64,000 nt of DNA from Octopus sinensis (taxonomy: Eukaryota): NCBI RefSeq assembly GCF_006345805.1, contig NC_043024.1, forward strand, positions 16,368,001-16,432,000, given 5' to 3'. Below the pieces are notes generated by a model. That model was not told the DNA's origin and searched no databases. It saw only the letters and a list, made by a program, of their open reading frames with translations. The position numbers and the translations under genes are program-made. Each line of letters begins with the position of its first letter. Position 1 is the first letter of the stretch. Positions 50,718 through 63,038 of the stretch are shown in pieces.

Positions 50718-51108
50718 AACGGACGTTAAACAATGATGATGATGATGATGATGATAGGCGTAGGAGTGGCTGTGTGGTAAGTAACTTGTTTATGAATCAC
50801 ATGGTACCAGGTTCAGTCCCCTTGTGTGGCACCTTGAGCAAGTGTCTTCTACTATAGCCTCGGGCCAACCAAAGCCTTGTGAGTGGATTTGGTAGACAGA
50901 AACTGGAAGACGCCTGTCGTATATATGTATATATATATATATGTGTGTATGTGTTTACGTGTCTGTGTTTGTCCCTCCAACATCGCTTGACAACTGATGC
51001 TGGTGTGTTTACGTCCCTGTAACTTAGCAGTTTGGCAAAAGAGACCGATAGAATAAGTACTAGGCTAACAAAGAATAAGTCTTGGGGTCGATTTGCTCAA
51101 CTAAAGGG
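50718..51108 (+). mobile_element. Short RTE-like tail (50718-50755) followed by SINE family A (50757-51108)
   Basis: ggacgttaaacaatgatgat..., then aggcgtaggagtggctgtgtgg. Confidence 0.8.
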
Positions 51109-51204
51109 GCTGCATCCAACCAAGAGAATTGCTTTCAAAAGTTCACCAGTCAACCTCGGGAAGGATCTTGAAATGTGAAGGATACATTGAATAATATCCT
51201 ATAC

Positions 51205-51407
51205 TCCTTTACTTGTTTCAGTCATTTGACTGCGGCCATGCTGGAGCACTGCCTTTAGTCGACCAAATCGACCCCAGGACTTATTCTTTGTAAGCCTGGT
51301 ACTTATTCGATTGGTCTCTTTTGCCAAACCGATAAGTTACAGGGATGTAAACACACCAGCATCGGTTGTCAAGCGATGTTGGTGGGGACAAACACAGACA
51401 CACACAC

Positions 51408-51440
<33 letters not shown>

Positions 51441-51598
51441 CGACAGGCTTCTTTCAGTTTCCGTCTACCAAATTCACTCACAAGGCTTTGGCCGGCCTGA
51501 GGCTATAGTAGAAGACACTTGCCCAAGGTGCCACGCAGTGGGACTGAACCCGGAATTATGTGGTTGGTAAGCAAGCTACTTACCACACAGCCACTCCT
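51205..51598 (-). mobile_element. SINE family A, full length
   Basis: Close to the family consensus seen in this window. Confidence 0.9.
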
Positions 51599-51900
51599 GT
51601 TTAGCTTTTAAGATATCATCAATATTTTCTTTGGAATTGCTGCGTCCAACCAAGAGAATTGCCTTCAAAAGTTCTTCAGTCAATCTCATTTGATGTGTTG
51701 ACTTCATATACTTCAGACATAAGTTGTTTCACACATGAATGCCATATCAGATGCAAATGAACTCTCACTGCAAGTACTTACACAAATAATACAGTACAGC
51801 AGTGGGCTGAATGAACTGACCTTATGAGCTGGATCCGGTCCACAGGCCATAGTTTGGTGACTCTGGTCCAGCCTTAACTAATGGTAGCCTTAGCTAATAA

Positions 51901-51958
<58 letters not shown>

Positions 51959-52025
51959 ATATATATATACATGTATATATATATACATGTATATCATCAT
52001 CATCATCATCATCGTTTAGCGTCAT

Positions 52026-52057
<32 letters not shown>

Positions 52058-52744
52058 ATTATATATATACACACACACACACATATATATACATATATAT
52101 ATGTAATAAATAGATATAGATATGTATATATACATATACATTTATGTATGTATGTAGGTATGTTTGTATGTATGTTTATATTGAGTAGATAAACTGGCAC
52201 AATGTGTAGATATCGAGTGGAAATGTGTGCCAATTTGGAGAGTACTTATTCAACGTTGACAAGCAGCTCAGATCGAGGCCATTCTGAAGAGACAATTCTT
52301 CACTACATCTATTTATTCTCAATGGAAATCAAGAAAAAGAGAAAAATCGAAGAAAACCTCATCTGCTGAAAATGACAAAAACAATTCATACACACCAAAC
52401 CACACACACACACACACATTATAAACACACACACAGACACACATTATTTGATTTTTATAAAAATACTTGCAGTATTTGGCAGGTGTAATTTATACACATT
52501 CATCAAAATTATTCATAGTTTAAAAATAAATTTTCATCACTGATAAAGAAAGAAAAAAAATGTTTCTCTTAATGTAATTTGTTTTGTTTTTAATTATTTT
52601 ATCTTAATTTTGTTTCACCTCAGTTTAATAATAAATTACTTGTTGAAAAACCTTAGCATAGGTAGTGAAAAAAATGGTAATGATTTCTTATATAAATGAT
52701 GGTGGTGGTGGTGGTGGTGGTGTAGATAATGATGACACCCTGGC

Positions 52745-53340
52745 TTCCTTCAAATTTTCCCTGTTTCATTATCAAAATAGCACACTTTCAAAGACCAAAT
52801 TCCATTCTTTCATCAATTGAGAAGGTATGTACAAGACTTTCCAGTTGCTTCTCATTTTTGCATAAAGCTTTAAATCATCCATGAATAGGAGATGATTTAT
52901 CTGACCATACCTTCTTCCAAAATCATAAACTATTTTGGCTTTCCATAACATAAGAGTGAGTAGTACCATGGCCAATACAAATAGTAATGGAGATAAGCTA
53001 TCACCTTGGAATATGGCATACCTGATACTCACCTTCCCAAGATTTTGTTTTCCTCTAAATCAAACCAGTTTTCATACTTTCTTCATATTTTCCCCCCACC
53101 CCCCAGACATGCTCATTATTTTACTCATACAACAGTGTGGTATCATGTCATACGTTTTTTTTATAATCCAACCATGCTACATTCAATTCTATCAATTTGC
53201 AGCTGCAATTTCTTATTACCATTTTATCAGTTTGTATTTGTCGTGCTTCACCTTCTGCAACCCCTTTCTGTTCCACTGAAAGTAAATTGTTACCTGCCAG
53301 ATGATGTTATAACTTTCCCACCAAGACACTGACCACAAGC
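52745..53340 (-). pseudogene. Non-LTR retrotransposon RT fragment (R4/Dong-like)
   Basis: IFQGDSLSPLLFVLAM...INHLLFMDDLKLYAK. Confidence 0.85.
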
Positions 53341-53444
53341 TTCCACATAAAGGGCAAACAGATTACAGGTTGAAAGTTTAACACCAGTTTGCCTTTTACA
53401 GGATCCTTAACCCTTTAGTATTTACACTAGTCATATCATTTCTT

Positions 53445-53655
53445 TATTGCCCACAAGGGGCTACACACAGAGGGGACAAATAAGGACAGACAAATGGATT
53501 AAGTCAATTATATCGACCTCAGTGCGTAACTGGTACTTATTTAATCGACATCGAAAGGATGAAAGGCAAAGTCGACCTCAGCGGAATTTGAACTCAGAAC
53601 GAAGCGGCTAAGCATTTCGCCCGGCATGCTAACATTTCTGCCAGCTCGCTGCCTT
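53445..53655 (-). mobile_element. SINE family C
   Basis: Similarity to the 31925 copy. Confidence 0.8.
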
Positions 53656-54207
53656 TACACTAGCCATATCTGGCCAAAATATTCTGCATATTTTAGGTTC
53701 ACACTGATCAGATCCTGCCTGTCACACCTACTCTACAATGTCATTTTAAAAACAAGCAATTATGAAGCTACAAGATAATGCAGGGTTAATTCCAAGCAAT
53801 ATAAATAAATATTACATTTGACAGAATTATCTGAATTAAGACACAACAATATTCACCTGTTTTTTTTTTATCTAAGAACGTGACCTTGGTACAAGTATTC
53901 ACCAAGGTGTGCTGGGATCCTGTCATGCAACTGCATAAAATTCTTCAGTCAATGACCTTGTGCTACATCTAGGCCTAGTCCTTTCTAATTTGGTATTTTC
54001 TCAACTTCAGTCTCACTGAGTATAGATCAGTTCTGACATCCATTTGTTTTGACACATTAGCAAGGTGCCTATTCACAGTGTTAACCACTCTGCCTTTTTG
54101 TTATATTTCACTGGCCTGTTACAAAGTTCTCCCCAAAATACTTTACTTTCTTCCACATCAGGAATCACTTTCAAAAAGCCATATTCTATTCAATTGACAT
54201 AACCTGT

Positions 54208-54594
54208 TCTCTTTTACTTGTTTCAGTCATTTGACTGTGGTCATGCTGGAGCACCGCCTTTAGTCAAGCAAATTCATCCCAGGACTTATTCTTTGTAAGC
54301 CTAGTACTTATTCTATCAGTCTCTTTTGCCGAACAGCTACGTTACAAGGATGTAAACACACCAGCATCGGTTGTCAAGCGATGTTGGAGGGACAAACACA
54401 GACACACAAACATACATATATATATACATATATGACAGGCTTCTTTCAGTTTCCATCTACCAAATCCACTCACAAGGCTTTGGTCAGCCCAAGGCTATAG
54501 TAGAAAACACTTGCCCAAGATGCCACGCAGTGGGACTGAACCTGGAGCCATGTGGTTGGTAAGCAAGCTACTTACCACACAGCCACTCCTATGC
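54208..54594 (-). mobile_element. SINE family A, full length
   Basis: Similarity to the 6814 copy. Confidence 0.9.
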
Positions 54595-54599
54595 CTGTT

Positions 54600-55420
54600 C
54601 TGTTCAAAATCTTTGCATCTAGAATCATCTTCTTCAACTTGGCCTTTATTTACCACCACCCTTTATAACAATTCTTCATGTTCTGTTTACTTTCCCCCCT
54701 CTTCTAACCTCAACTGTCCATTCAATTTTCTAAGTATGGTTTCGTTATGGAGCTCCTCTCTCGTTATCCTATTTAATTGCTCCAGTTCTTTCCATGTCTT
54801 TTCCAACTTCATTTGTATTCTCTTCCTCCAGTTTGGTTCTTTTCTTCAAATATCTTCCACTTGTATCCAATCATATCAGCTACAACAGTCATGGTGGATA
54901 AGATTAACCAGTTTCTTTCACTGAGGTTCTCTATTTCAACCAGGTTTCAAATGCTGTTTACTTTGTCTCTGGCTTTTTTTGCTTCTCAGGCACATAATAA
55001 TTTTTTTCATTTTCTACCTCTTCATTATCTCTATCCACTCCTGTTGCTTTACACTCTTCCTGTTCTCTGAATCTCTTCAATTTCTAATTCTGTAATCCAA
55101 TCCTTTACACAAATTACCCTTGCCTGATCTTTCAGTCTTTGAGCAGAATCTTCAAAGCGCCCCTGCCTTTTCATCCCGTATCCGCTTCATTCACGCCAAG
55201 TCATACTTCTTTCCTTTGGCTCACTTTTCAGCCAACATACAATCACAGCCTTGTTTACCTTTCTTTCTCAGTTTATTTTCCTCCCACTACACTTTAGACT
55301 TTGATCCTAATCCCGATCATTGGCTTGATGACAACCTGCCTGCCATGCATGACACCTGTGTTGACAGTTTCAACCTCATTAATGCAGTTACTTTGATTAT
55401 TTGAATTTGACATTTTCTCT
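54600..55420 (-). pseudogene. Probable N-terminal ORF remnant of an R4/Dong-like LINE
   Basis: Minus strand QRLKDQARVI..KDWITELEIEEIQR and KEPNWRKRIQMKLEKTWKEL resemble recalled N-terminal blocks of this clade. Confidence 0.55.
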
Positions 55421-55444
55421 TGTTTTGAAGTATAAAGGGTATGT

Positions 55445-55880
55445 TTTCTACTCTAGGCACAAGGCCTGAAAGTTTTGGGGAGGTAGCCAGTCAATTAGAC
55501 TGATCTCAGTACACAACTGGTACTTAATTTATCGACTCTGAAAGGATGAAAGGCAAAATCGACCTTGGCAGAATTTGAACTCAGGATGTAAAGACAGATG
55601 AAATACCGCTAAACATTTCGCCTGGTTGCTAACATTTCTGCCAGCTCACCGCCTCTTTAAATATTCTTTTCAACTCTAGGCACAAGGCCTGAAATTTTGG
55701 GGGAGGGAGCCAGTCGATTAGATTGACCCTAGTATGCAACTGATACTTAATTTATCGACCCCCAAAAGGATGAAAGCAAAGTCGACCTCAGCAGAATCTG
55801 AACTCAGGACATAAAGCCAGATGAATTACTGCTAAGCATTTCATCCAGCATGCTAATGTTTCTGCCAGCTCCACTGCCTT
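55445..55880 (-). mobile_element. Two tandem SINE family C copies
   Basis: Both begin ctctaggcacaaggcctgaaa and end tttctgccagctc. Confidence 0.8.
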
Positions 55881-55908
55881 TTCAAATTTACAGTTAGACC
55901 AAAAACAA

Positions 55909-58648
55909 CACTGACCAACAAAATACTTGTTGCATTGATACCAAAAATTGGTATTACCTAACCTGAGTATGCTGAATTGAAATATGAAGTTAGTTTTTCT
56001 CTGGAAGCTCTAGAGTTTTTTTGCTATTAAGGTTTTTTTTTATATTCTCCAAATTTCGAATATTTCCTGAGATATGATGTAACCCATCTGATAATTTTCT
56101 AGCTATATTATCTTCAAACTACATGGAAAAGAACAAATATCTATGCATTGAGATTCTAACTTTGTTCATATAAACGAGTTAGGTTACAATAATAAGAATT
56201 AGGTTACAATAATAATATTTCTTTTCCGATGCTGAGAAAAATAAATGTTATTATGTGCCAGTTTTTTTCCATCTGCTTTTCAGTTGAAAATATATATTTT
56301 ACACAAATGATAGGTGTACATAGAAGAGAAACTGATTAGGATAGAAAATAAAACACAAATAGATCTTATTCAGGCAAGAATTTGCACTTGGAGCTCTTGC
56401 ATTTGTGAACTTTCCCAGAGAAATCTCATTTAATGCTCCAGCAGTAGTCTGGCATCATGTTTTTGTCTTTTTGCCCTTAACAACACTCTTCCATGGTGGT
56501 GGTGAGGACTTGGTGGAAGCAACCCACCCACCCATACTCATCGCTTACATCTCCAAGGTTTACAGGGAAGTGATAGAGGTGACTATGCAGGAAATGGCGT
56601 TTAATGATCTTGTTACACCCATCATCATGGAAAGCCGGCAGCAAGAATTTCATAGTCGTCTGCCTCTCTGTTTCCATGAAAATTTTTTATGACTGCTACA
56701 AATGACATCCATGCTGCTCTTTCCTTGTCTTTCATCTTCCCAACAAATTCCTCATCTTGTACAAGGGCATGAATCTGAGGTCCCTCATACACACTTCCTT
56801 TGATCCTCTCAAATGACAAACAAGGAAATGCAGCGACTATATGTTGAAAGCATTTACCATCAGTATTCAATGCCTTTGTGAATTGCTTCAAACCCAGCTT
56901 TATATGGAGGGGAGGGAAAATAATCTTTTCTTCACAGACAATTGGATCATTCACAATATTTGGCATATTGGCTTCCAGAGTCTCGTGAATGGGTCACTTC
57001 ATCTGAATCCAATGTTTCTTTGAAGTTCAGCTGTTCCACATGCGGAAATAGCAAGGATACATTGCAAAAATTTTCTGTTGGTTGAAGAAGAAATTGTCCA
57101 TTTTCAAATCTACACAAATGGTCCGGTTGTGCCCATGATATTTTAGTTGGTCAATAACCATTATTATGCCATTATAGTCTTCTTGCAAATGCACAGAGTG
57201 ACCAACAGGGACAACTCCATAAACATTGGCATTGTGTAGGAGAACACACCTTAGAACTATCTAGAAATAGTCACCAGTCAGTTGAACTGTACAAAGGGAT
57301 TCCTAATTCCTGGAGAAGACTGGGAATATTATGGCAGAAAACAAAGTGTTTCTCTTCTAAAAAAAAAAAAATGACACAAAAATCTGGTCTTGCTTTCAAA
57401 AATAAGAAACTTTTGCAAGTAGATGTTTTTCTTGCAGCCTGGATACAAGAATTTCAGCTGCAGTCTTGGAGAGTCTCAAATCACATACTAAGTCATTCAG
57501 TTCTGTTTGGCTAAACTGCTGAGGATTTGATTTTTGGTACCATATGAGGGCGTCTTGAAATTTTGAAGTAATTTCTTGAACTTTGTTATTATCCTCATAC
57601 TCGCTAGCTTTGTTTTTGGAAGAGGTAAACCCAAGAAAACTGGAATCAGGAGTGTCTGAGAGTGAATAATTGGTCTAATTGCTGAAGGAATATTGGGATA
57701 AGATATTTTACACCTATTTTTCTTGCCAATGATTTTGTGTTCACATTGCAAAAATAAGAATCACTTGTGTGATCCTTCGGCTCTTACCAAACCGCAGGAA
57801 CTCCAAACAGCAGGTCCTTTCATTTCCTTTTTGTCCAGTCATGAAGCATTTCCTCCCAGTTATGACACACAACATGAGGGGACCATTTTCGGTCTTGGTT
57901 TACCAGGGAAATTCCAAATAAGCTACATAAGCCCATCTCACAAACAAATAAGGGTGCAGGAGCCACAAGCAAAGCAGAAGCCATCAGAATTATTCACACA
58001 TCTATGTGTATTTGAAGAAGCCATGATCAGATCTGAAAAAACACAATTGTCAATTCTTTGTACGTAGGATATACTGTGGGTATCTCATTATGCCAAATCG
58101 TTATATATAAAGCTGAAGTTGTCTGTGTGAGTGTGGCAGGTTTGGTAGCCTTCAACTAACACTATCTCCTCCAAGACCCTGCAGCGCAAGTTGACCAAAA
58201 TTGAGAGTATGATAGAAGAAGTCTTGCTCTTCATTCTGTAGAAGAAAAAATTCAAATCGGACCATGACCAAAAATTATTTACATCAAAAAGGTGCTTTTT
58301 TCTATGAAAATCCCTATTTTTTACGATTTTTTTACTGCTGTGTCGCCATTTTTCGGTGTATTTCAACCAGAAAAATGTTCACTTAAAGAGAATAACAAGC
58401 TACAGAATGCTAAATTTTTACTTTTCAAAAATTCCAATTCTAAAGGATCGAAAAGAAAACAAACCCAAGCAACGCCAGGTTATACTGCTAGTTTAACTAT
58501 AAATGTATAAAAAGTTAATCTTCAAATTGTAAGAAAAATAGAGCATTGAAAGAAAAACCAATTGCAGATTTGAAATTAGCACAAAAAAAGACACAATCAG
58601 TAAAATAATCTCATACAGGAAAAATTTGTTTTAAATTGTTATCAAGAG
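55909..58648 (-). mobile_element. Decayed DNA transposon, probably CMC/Chapaev3-like
   Basis: Minus-strand fragments KISYPNIPSAIRPI, ICVDLKM, IIFPPLHIKLGL-KQFTKAL, GPQI, AWMSFVAVIKNF, FLHSHLYHFPVNLGDVSDE; CACTGA at the left end. The superfamily name is recalled, not verified. Confidence 0.65.
58098..58491 (+). mobile_element. Non-autonomous Helitron (394 bp), nested in the DNA transposon
   Basis: A|TC 5' end with ttatatataaa; 3' aaacccaagcaacgccaggttatactgCTAG|T. Confidence 0.75.
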
Positions 58649-58915
58649 TAATTAATGCATTTGGTTTTGTGAGTAAATGTCCATCTGACAGTCTGGATGA
58701 GGTTGGATTTCTAGAAATAAACCAACTAACCCATTCCAAATACAACCTGTAAGTAGAACAATAAAAATATGCAAGACTTTCCTCAAGATTAAAACGTGAG
58801 ATTGTTTTCTTTATCTACTTTCCAATGGTGGAACTTTGTATCGTTGTTAAAAACCAGCTCCTTCCTCAGTGGAAGAATTTAGATAATTAAAAATAGAAGA
58901 GCATACATACACACA

Positions 58916-58963
<48 letters not shown>

Positions 58964-59894
58964 CACACACATATATATGTTCACAAACATATACATGTGT
59001 GTGTGTGTGTGTGTGTATATATGTATGTGTATATATATGCGTATAATATATATGTGTATATATATGCACACAAACATACATGTATATATCTCTATATATA
59101 AAACTGAAATGCGTTTTTACCGCTTGGTTCGCTTTCAATGCCACTACATCCCGTCCGATTCGCTCCAAAATTTACAGGGACATGTAGAGTGAGGTGACGA
59201 TGCGCGTGGGCTACCTTACAAATCCCTATCTTAAAAGGTGTGGTTGCTAGGGGCCATCTTCCTACCTCACCCTATTTCCTCCAGTGCTCTGTCACTCCTC
59301 TTCATTTGACAATGCAACTACCGTTATTTAATGTAAAGTCTTCCTCAAATCACTCTGTAGCTATTTACTCTCTTCCAAGAACATTTTCACTCACTCTATC
59401 TCTTACCTTCCTATACATTTTACTCATGTATCTCTCAGCGTTCATGGACAGTAACAAATATTACTCGCCATCCCCATCGCCATCGCATTCTATTGTCTAC
59501 CTGTCAACACACACACACACATATATTCATATATCTAATATTATATTTTTATTTTTATGCTTTTGTTTTTGGTTTTTTACTGTTTCATTTCCCTATTAGT
59601 GGTTTTATCTCTAATTTAATTTCTACAGCGTGCACACACACACACCTATATGTAGCCCCAGTACACCCGAATGAAATCGGGTTCTCTTCATCAAAATCTG
59701 AAAAGGGGTCTACAATTATCATCGCCACAACTTATGTATGTCTTCCTCACTCACTCACTCTTTTTCCTAATGATAATTATCATCGCCACCACCAACACCA
59801 CCAACACACAATCTGGACAATCTTTCTCTTATAACAAATCATGTTTACATTGCAACGACGTCTGCCACCTCCGCCGTCTCTATTTATTCTGCAA

Positions 59895-60088
59895 ATGACC
59901 AGAACTCGGGAAACTTAGTTTAGTGTTCTATGGTCTATGACCAGAACTCGGGAAACTTGGTTGAGTGTTCTATGGTCTATGACCAGAACTCGGGAAACTT
60001 GCTTGACTGTTCTATGGTCTATGACCAGAAATCGGGAAACTTGGTTGAGTGTTCTATGGTCTATGACCAGAATTTGGGAAACTTGGTT
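59895..60088 (+). repeat. 42-bp minisatellite, about 4.6 copies
   Basis: atgaccagaactcgggaaacttggttgagtgttctatggtct repeated. Confidence 0.95.
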
Positions 60089-60779
60089 GTGTCCTCATCT
60101 TATAAAATGTGGCCCCAGTAGACCCAAATTAAATCGGGTTATATTAACCAAAAGGTGAAAAGGGGTATAAATGGGGCTGGAAGGGGATTAAAATTTAAAG
60201 GAGCGGGTGTTTAGCAATTCTCTGTTACATCAAGCTAAAAAATTTGCTCCAGCCTTTTAATCGTCAATGTGTTGCCGTCCATGATGAACAAGTTTTGAAT
60301 GCTTGCCATCGTGAGTCTACTGTTGTGAGAAAGAATCAAGTCAAAACTTGGTTTTTAGGGATTTTCTTTTACATCAAGTTCAAACTTTTATGCCATCCGT
60401 TGAACTGTCAATACGTTGCTGTCCGTCGTTAAGAAATGCCAGCCATGGTGACTCTACTATCCTCAAATTCTATCCCTTCAAACTTTGGTTTCCAATATTT
60501 TATTATTTTTATTCAGCTCGCAAGTTCGTCTGTCCCTTTTAAATGTTAGTGTTTTGCTGTCTGTCTTCAAGCAGACCTTTCCTTTGTAACTGCCTGATAT
60601 TTATGATTGATCTTTCTAAATATTTTATTTCTCAACTTACTTAAGATCTTTTGTTGTTTATAAATGGGAGAGAGATACATAAAGATAGAGAGTAAGAGAA
60701 AGCGAGGGAGAATCCGAGAGAAAGGAAGAGTAAGAGAGTGGGAAAGTGAGAGAGAAAGGAGAAAGAAACAAAGAGGGAG

Positions 60780-60781
<2 letters not shown>

Positions 60782-60810
<29 letters not shown>

Positions 60811-61105
60811 GTTTAACGTCCGTTTACCGTGCTAGCACGGGTTGGACAGTTTGACAGGGGTCTGGGAAGCCAGGAGGCTGCACCAGGCTCCAGTCGGATC
60901 TGGCAGTGTTTCGACAGGTGGATGCCCTTCCTAACGCCAACCACTCTGTGAGCGTAGTGGGTGCTTTTTTCGTGCCGCCTGCACAGGTGCCAGGGGGGCT
61001 GGCAGCGGCCACGATCGGTTGGTGCTTTTTACGTGCCACCAGCACAGAAGCCAGTCAAGGTGGCGCTGCAATCCGCCACGTTCGGATGGTGCTTTTTACG
61101 TGCTG
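60782..61105 (-). mobile_element. RTE-like LINE 3' tail inside Helitron unit 1
   Basis: (CAT)n gtttaacgtccg...; the same junction occurs in unit 2 at about 63870. Confidence 0.75.
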
Positions 61106-61579
61106 AAAGGAAGCAACAGAAAGTAACAACCACACTCTTACCCACGCGTAGAGCGGGTCACCTTCAGCTAGTCTCTATATATAAAACTGAAATGCGTTTT
61201 TACCGCTTGGATCGCTTTCAATGCCACTACATCCCGTCCGATTCGCTCCAAAATTTACAGGGACATGTAGAATGAGGTGACGATGCGCGTGGGCTACCTT
61301 AGAAATCCCTATCTTAAAAGCTGTGGTTGCTAGGGGCCATCTTCCTACCTCACCCTATTTCCTCCTTTCCCTCTCTTACTCCTCTTCATGTATAACTTTC
61401 AGAATGCCACTACGGTTATTTAAAGTATCTGTCACTATCGCTATTTCCTTTCTTTTTCACTGACTCTGTTTCCTACCTTCCTATCACTTCAGCGGCGTTC
61501 TTTTAAGTATCTGACTGTCACCAACAAACAACACACGAGCATGAGAACAAATATTATGAATCAGATATTCTTGCGTTCA

Positions 61580-61800
61580 TTTATGTGTGTGTGTGTTCTA
61601 TATATAAATATGTATATATAATGTATGTGTGTGTGTTCTATATATAAATATGTATATATATAATGTATGTGTGTGTGTTCTATATATAAATATGTATATA
61701 TAATGTGTGTGTGTGTGTGTTCTATATATAAATATGTATATATAATGTATGTGTGTGTGTGTGTGTGTTCTGTATATAAATATGTATATATAATGTATAT
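61580..61800 (+). repeat. Microsatellite-derived tandem repeat of about 34-40 bp, 5 copies
   Basis: (tg)n ttctatatataaatatgtatatataat repeated. Confidence 0.85.
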
Positions 61801-61947
61801 ATACAAAGTGCATATATCTGTATTTATGTATATTAAACTTTTTCATACTTTTTCATAGTTATATATATTTTTTAACAAATTATAAATATAATTTAATAAT
61901 TTTTATTTTCAATTTAAATAATTTAAATTTTTCAATTTTATATTTTA

Positions 61948-62861
61948 CTAGCAGTATCGCCCGGCGTTGCCCGGGTTTGTAAGGGAAATAACTATATAAG
62001 CATTTTTAGTGAGTTATAGCAAAAAAAATAGCAAAAAATGCATTAAAAATGGAATAAAAAATGATGGTAATTTTTTTTTTAACCGTTGACTCATCGTAGA
62101 CATTTTTAGAGAGTTACTTCCCTTATATAATAGCGAAAAATGCATTAAAATGGAATAAAAATTATGGTAATTTTTTTTTTTAATCGTAGACTCATCGTAG
62201 ACGCGCGCTAATACCCAGAAGGGCTCGATATGAATCACGACTATAAGATACCCGGTTTTGGTTACACTGCACCGCAAAATGTGGGAGTAGTTAGGAATCT
62301 AAATCGTAGGAGACAGACACACAACTTCAATTTTATATATAAAGATTTATGCAACAACTAAAACATTTGGTTGTGCAAATTGTTTGCACAGGAAACCTGC
62401 CCTGTGTGGCGGTTTTTGCCGTTTTTGTGGATCTGTTTCAGCTTTTTTAGCGATCTCTGTTTTGGCGACTTCAAGCCATGAAATCGTTGTTCTAAAAGAA
62501 CGCTGGTCTCCTTGACAACGCATTACAACGTTGATTTCCTTACACTCCCTTCACCACAGCTTTATGAGGGAGGGAAGAAGGGGGAGAAGCAACACAGGTG
62601 CAGGCGTGAGCGTGGACGCCAACTCCGCCGCCATCGACACACGAAAAATTATGCATTAAAATGGAATAAAAAATGATGTTAAATTATTTTTAAAATCGTA
62701 GACTCATCGTAGATGCGCGCTAATACCCAGACGGGCTCGATACGAATCACGACTATAAGATACCCGAATTTGGTTAAACTGCACCGCAAAATGTGGGAGT
62801 AGTTAGGAATCTAAATCGAAGGGAACAGACACTCACACAACTACAGTTTTATATATATAGA
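61948..62861 (-). mobile_element. Composite non-autonomous Helitron nested in unit 2
   Basis: Minus strand A|TC starts at 62861 and 62345 with near-duplicate 5' regions, and one 3' end cccgggcaacgccgggcgatactgCTAG|T at 61948. Confidence 0.8.
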
Positions 62862-63002
62862 TATATTTTCTATGTTATATTTTCTTTTTTTATGTTTTTG
62901 TTTTTGGTTTTTCAATGTTTGATTTGCCTCTTAGTGGTTTTATCTCTAATTTAATTTATACAGATATATATCTCATTTGTATACATTTGTATATATAATG
63001 CG

Positions 63003-63038
<36 letters not shown>

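Larger units (their letters stand above)
59089..61171 (+). mobile_element. Non-autonomous Helitron unit 1 (2083 bp)
   Basis: A|TCtctatatataaaactgaaatg 5' end; 3' hairpin acccacgcgtagagcgggt, then CTAG at 61168-61171. Confidence 0.8.

Noticed and set aside
59895-60088. CRISPR-like array or 14-aa repeat protein
   Set aside because: Pure tandem repeat with no unique spacers and no cas genes, in eukaryotic context.
60244-60432. 62-aa ORF open in both Helitron units (also 63333-63521)
   Set aside because: Many amino-acid differences between copies, a non-ATG start and no recognisable motif; consistent with neutral duplicated DNA. dN/dS across copies would settle it.
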